From NCBI GenBank assembly GCA_963771555.1, contig CAVYTM010000003.1, positions 500,610 through 564,609 on the forward strand: a DNA stretch of 64,000 bases, given 5' to 3'. The DNA comes from an uncultured Thermoplasmata archaeon. GTDB lineage: Archaea > Thermoplasmatota > Thermoplasmata > Lutacidiplasmatales > UBA184. This document shows, in pieces, positions 62,436 through 64,000 of this stretch. How positions within the stretch are numbered: position 1 is the stretch's first letter; each line of letters opens with the position of its first letter. Position numbers and translations under genes: made by a program. Under the pieces are notes generated by a model. The model searched no databases and was not told where the DNA came from. It saw nothing but the letters and a program-made list of their open reading frames with translations.

Positions 62436-62477
62436 ACCCTGAGCCGAGGGAGGGCTTGAGCGAGAGTTCGATTCCCT
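62399..62477 (+). repeat. att-like site C
   Basis: agccgagggaggg at 62442-62454 is 13/13 to the tRNA-Cys 3' end; both arms homologous to site A. Confidence 0.85.
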
Positions 62478-62572
62478 ACGCCCCAACCCGACCTGTCGGG
62501 GGGAGGGCAATTGTCGCTCGGAGCCCCTCGCCGCCGAATCCTTAACCGAAGCGCGAATCGTTCGACATTTGG

Positions 62573-63514
62573 GTGGGGGCTCACATGGGTGCCGGTCTAG
62601 AGGCGGCGAGCCCCAGCCGCTCCGTCTCCCGGGCGAGCCGATCTTTGCAACTCCTTTCGTTAGCCGCCGGCGCTCTCGCGATTTCGGGCGTCGGTGGCTA
62701 TTGGATCGCGGCCTCGGTCCAGTGTGGAATGTCTTCCACCCCGTTCCGACCGGCGGTTTGCCCACTGTCGAGCGAGCCTGTCGTGGAGATACTTGCTCTT
62801 CTCACGCTCGGCATGACCCTGGTCGCCGTCCCCGCTGTTTTGGGGGGCTTTGAGCGGGTGCTTTCCGTGGGCGCGGCCATCCTCTTCGTTGGAGTCTTTC
62901 AGTTCCCGGCGGGCGGCCTTTTCCCGACGTTGTTGCCCGACGCGCCGCTGTTCGATCCGCGCTTTCCCCCGTCGCTGTTCCTTCTCGTGTCGGGGTTCAT
63001 AGGATTCGCGGCGTCGGCCTGGGGTCGGAGCCGGTCCCCGACCGGGAACGGACCGTTCAATCGGCTCGCGACGGGGGCTGTCATGGTCGGCCTGACTGGA
63101 TGGGCCATGTTTTGGTTCCCCCCGTTTCTTGGAGGACCTGTCGACTCGGGCTGCCCGGTCTCGTTCGGGGGAGCATTACCCTGCACGGCACCCGCGTACT
63201 CTACGCTCACCCCGGTGCTGCCGGAATGGGCTTCGGCAACCTTGATCGCCTTCGCACTCGTGCTCGCGGTTCCGATGGTTTACCGCGCCCTAACACCGGT
63301 GAGCTTGGGCGCAGCTCTTTCAATCCTGGTCACCACCGACTACGTGTTCTGGATGTTCGGTTCCGATGATTGGGGGGCCGTCGGGGCCGCCATGTTCTGG
63401 TTGGCGGTGGGAGCGTCGATCGCGATCGCCGGCCTCTTCCAGAGCTTCTGGACGATGTATGTAACGCCCCGTTACGGGTCTTGGTGGTCGGCGACGCGGG
63501 TCAATCGGACCTAA
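62573..63514 (+). CDS. Hypothetical multi-TM protein with two Cys-loop halves
   Basis: About eight TM helices; two similar modules with paired-Cys extracellular loops (C.......C); TATA-like cttaacc about 30 bp upstream. Confidence 0.65.
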   Translation: MGAHMGAGLEAASPSRSVSRASRSLQLLSLAAGALAISGVGGYWIAASVQCGMSSTPFRPAVCPLSSEPVVEILALLTLGMTLVAVPAVLGGFERVLSVGAAILFVGVFQFPAGGLFPTLLPDAPLFDPRFPPSLFLLVSGFIGFAASAWGRSRSPTGNGPFNRLATGAVMVGLTGWAMFWFPPFLGGPVDSGCPVSFGGALPCTAPAYSTLTPVLPEWASATLIAFALVLAVPMVYRALTPVSLGAALSILVTTDYVFWMFGSDDWGAVGAAMFWLAVGASIAIAGLFQSFWTMYVTPRYGSWWSATRVNRT

Positions 63515-63571
63515 ACCTACCGTGCTTCGACGAGGGCGGCACGGTGCCGCAAGGATTCATGGAGGAACTCC

Positions 63572-63644
63572 AGCCGAGGGAGGGAATCGAACCCCCAGGA
63601 AACAGATCTGCAGTCTGTCGCATTAACCATTCTGCCACCTCGGC
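63572..63644 (-). tRNA. tRNA-Cys(GCA)
   Basis: GCCGAGG/CCTCGGC acceptor, ACAGA-CTGCAGA-TCTGT anticodon arm, GTTCGATTC T loop, T discriminator. Confidence 0.95.
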
Positions 63645-63701
63645 GCGGCGAGGGGCAGGGGACCCCTGCTTAAAGCCGTCGAGGCGGGGAGGGATGCGGG
63701 C

Positions 63702-64000
63702 TCAAATGGGCCGTAGGCCCCGACGCAACCGGAGACGCGTCGTGCGCCACTCGAGCTCGACTCGACGGGGGAAGGAAAGTGAGCTGCCCCCCGCGCTCAT
63801 CCCGCCGGTCCGCAAGGATTTCAGGACGGCGTCCGAGGTTCTCGTCCCTTCGGGGAATTCGGTATACGCTCGACCGAGGTCCGCGAATTCGTGCACGTCG
63901 CTCCCGCCCGTGGCTCCGAGACCGCGACGCTGAGCCACCTGCGCGGCCTTCCGGTTCGCCCGGGGTGAATTGTGCCCGTTCACGGTCTCGATTGCCAGCA
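63702..64000 (-). CDS. PHP domain protein (C-terminal part; runs off the window)
   Basis: ETVNG.N...N..A, GGSDVH....G..YT.F. Confidence 0.8.
   Translation of the reverse strand, partial: LAIETVNGHNSPRANRKAAQVAQRRGLGATGGSDVHEFADLGRAYTEFPEGTRTSDAVLKSLRTGGMSAGGSSLSFPRRVELEWRTTRLRLRRGLRPI

Larger units (their letters stand above)
59974..63584. mobile_element. Tandem array of single-gene segments integrated at the tRNA-Cys 3' end; no integrase
   Basis: tRNA core repeated at 60301-60313, 62442-62454 and 63572-63584 with one gene per interval; left boundary not resolved. Confidence 0.65.

Overview
High-GC archaeal chromosomal segment. NAC, Dph2, Nop5, PAC2, DUF131, class II HMG-CoA reductase, GyrB and GrpE together point to Thermoplasmata, probably a soil lineage (inference). 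It holds about 65 CDS: surface-glycan genes (rmlC, rmlD, UDP-sulfoquinovose synthase, GT4s, a GT-C/lectin fusion), a translation and proteostasis cluster, amino-acid metabolism, and a MoxR-vWA operon. It also holds three tRNAs: Thr-GGT, Val-CAC and Cys-GCA. I saw no rRNA, CRISPR, transposase or integrase. The main observation is that the 3' ends of tRNA-Thr and tRNA-Cys each anchor a tandem array of single-gene segments. These are separated by copies of one recombination-site-like sequence, made of the last 13 bp of the local tRNA plus arms shared between the two loci about 52 kb apart. The sites have diverged mainly at synonymous positions of a reading frame antisense to the tRNA, as expected for remnants of an SSV-type integrase gene with the att site inside it, yet no integrase is present. 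This suggests non-autonomous, integron-like gene capture at tRNAs (inference). At least seven genes carry single-base frameshifts with a recurring sequence context, most likely sequencing errors.
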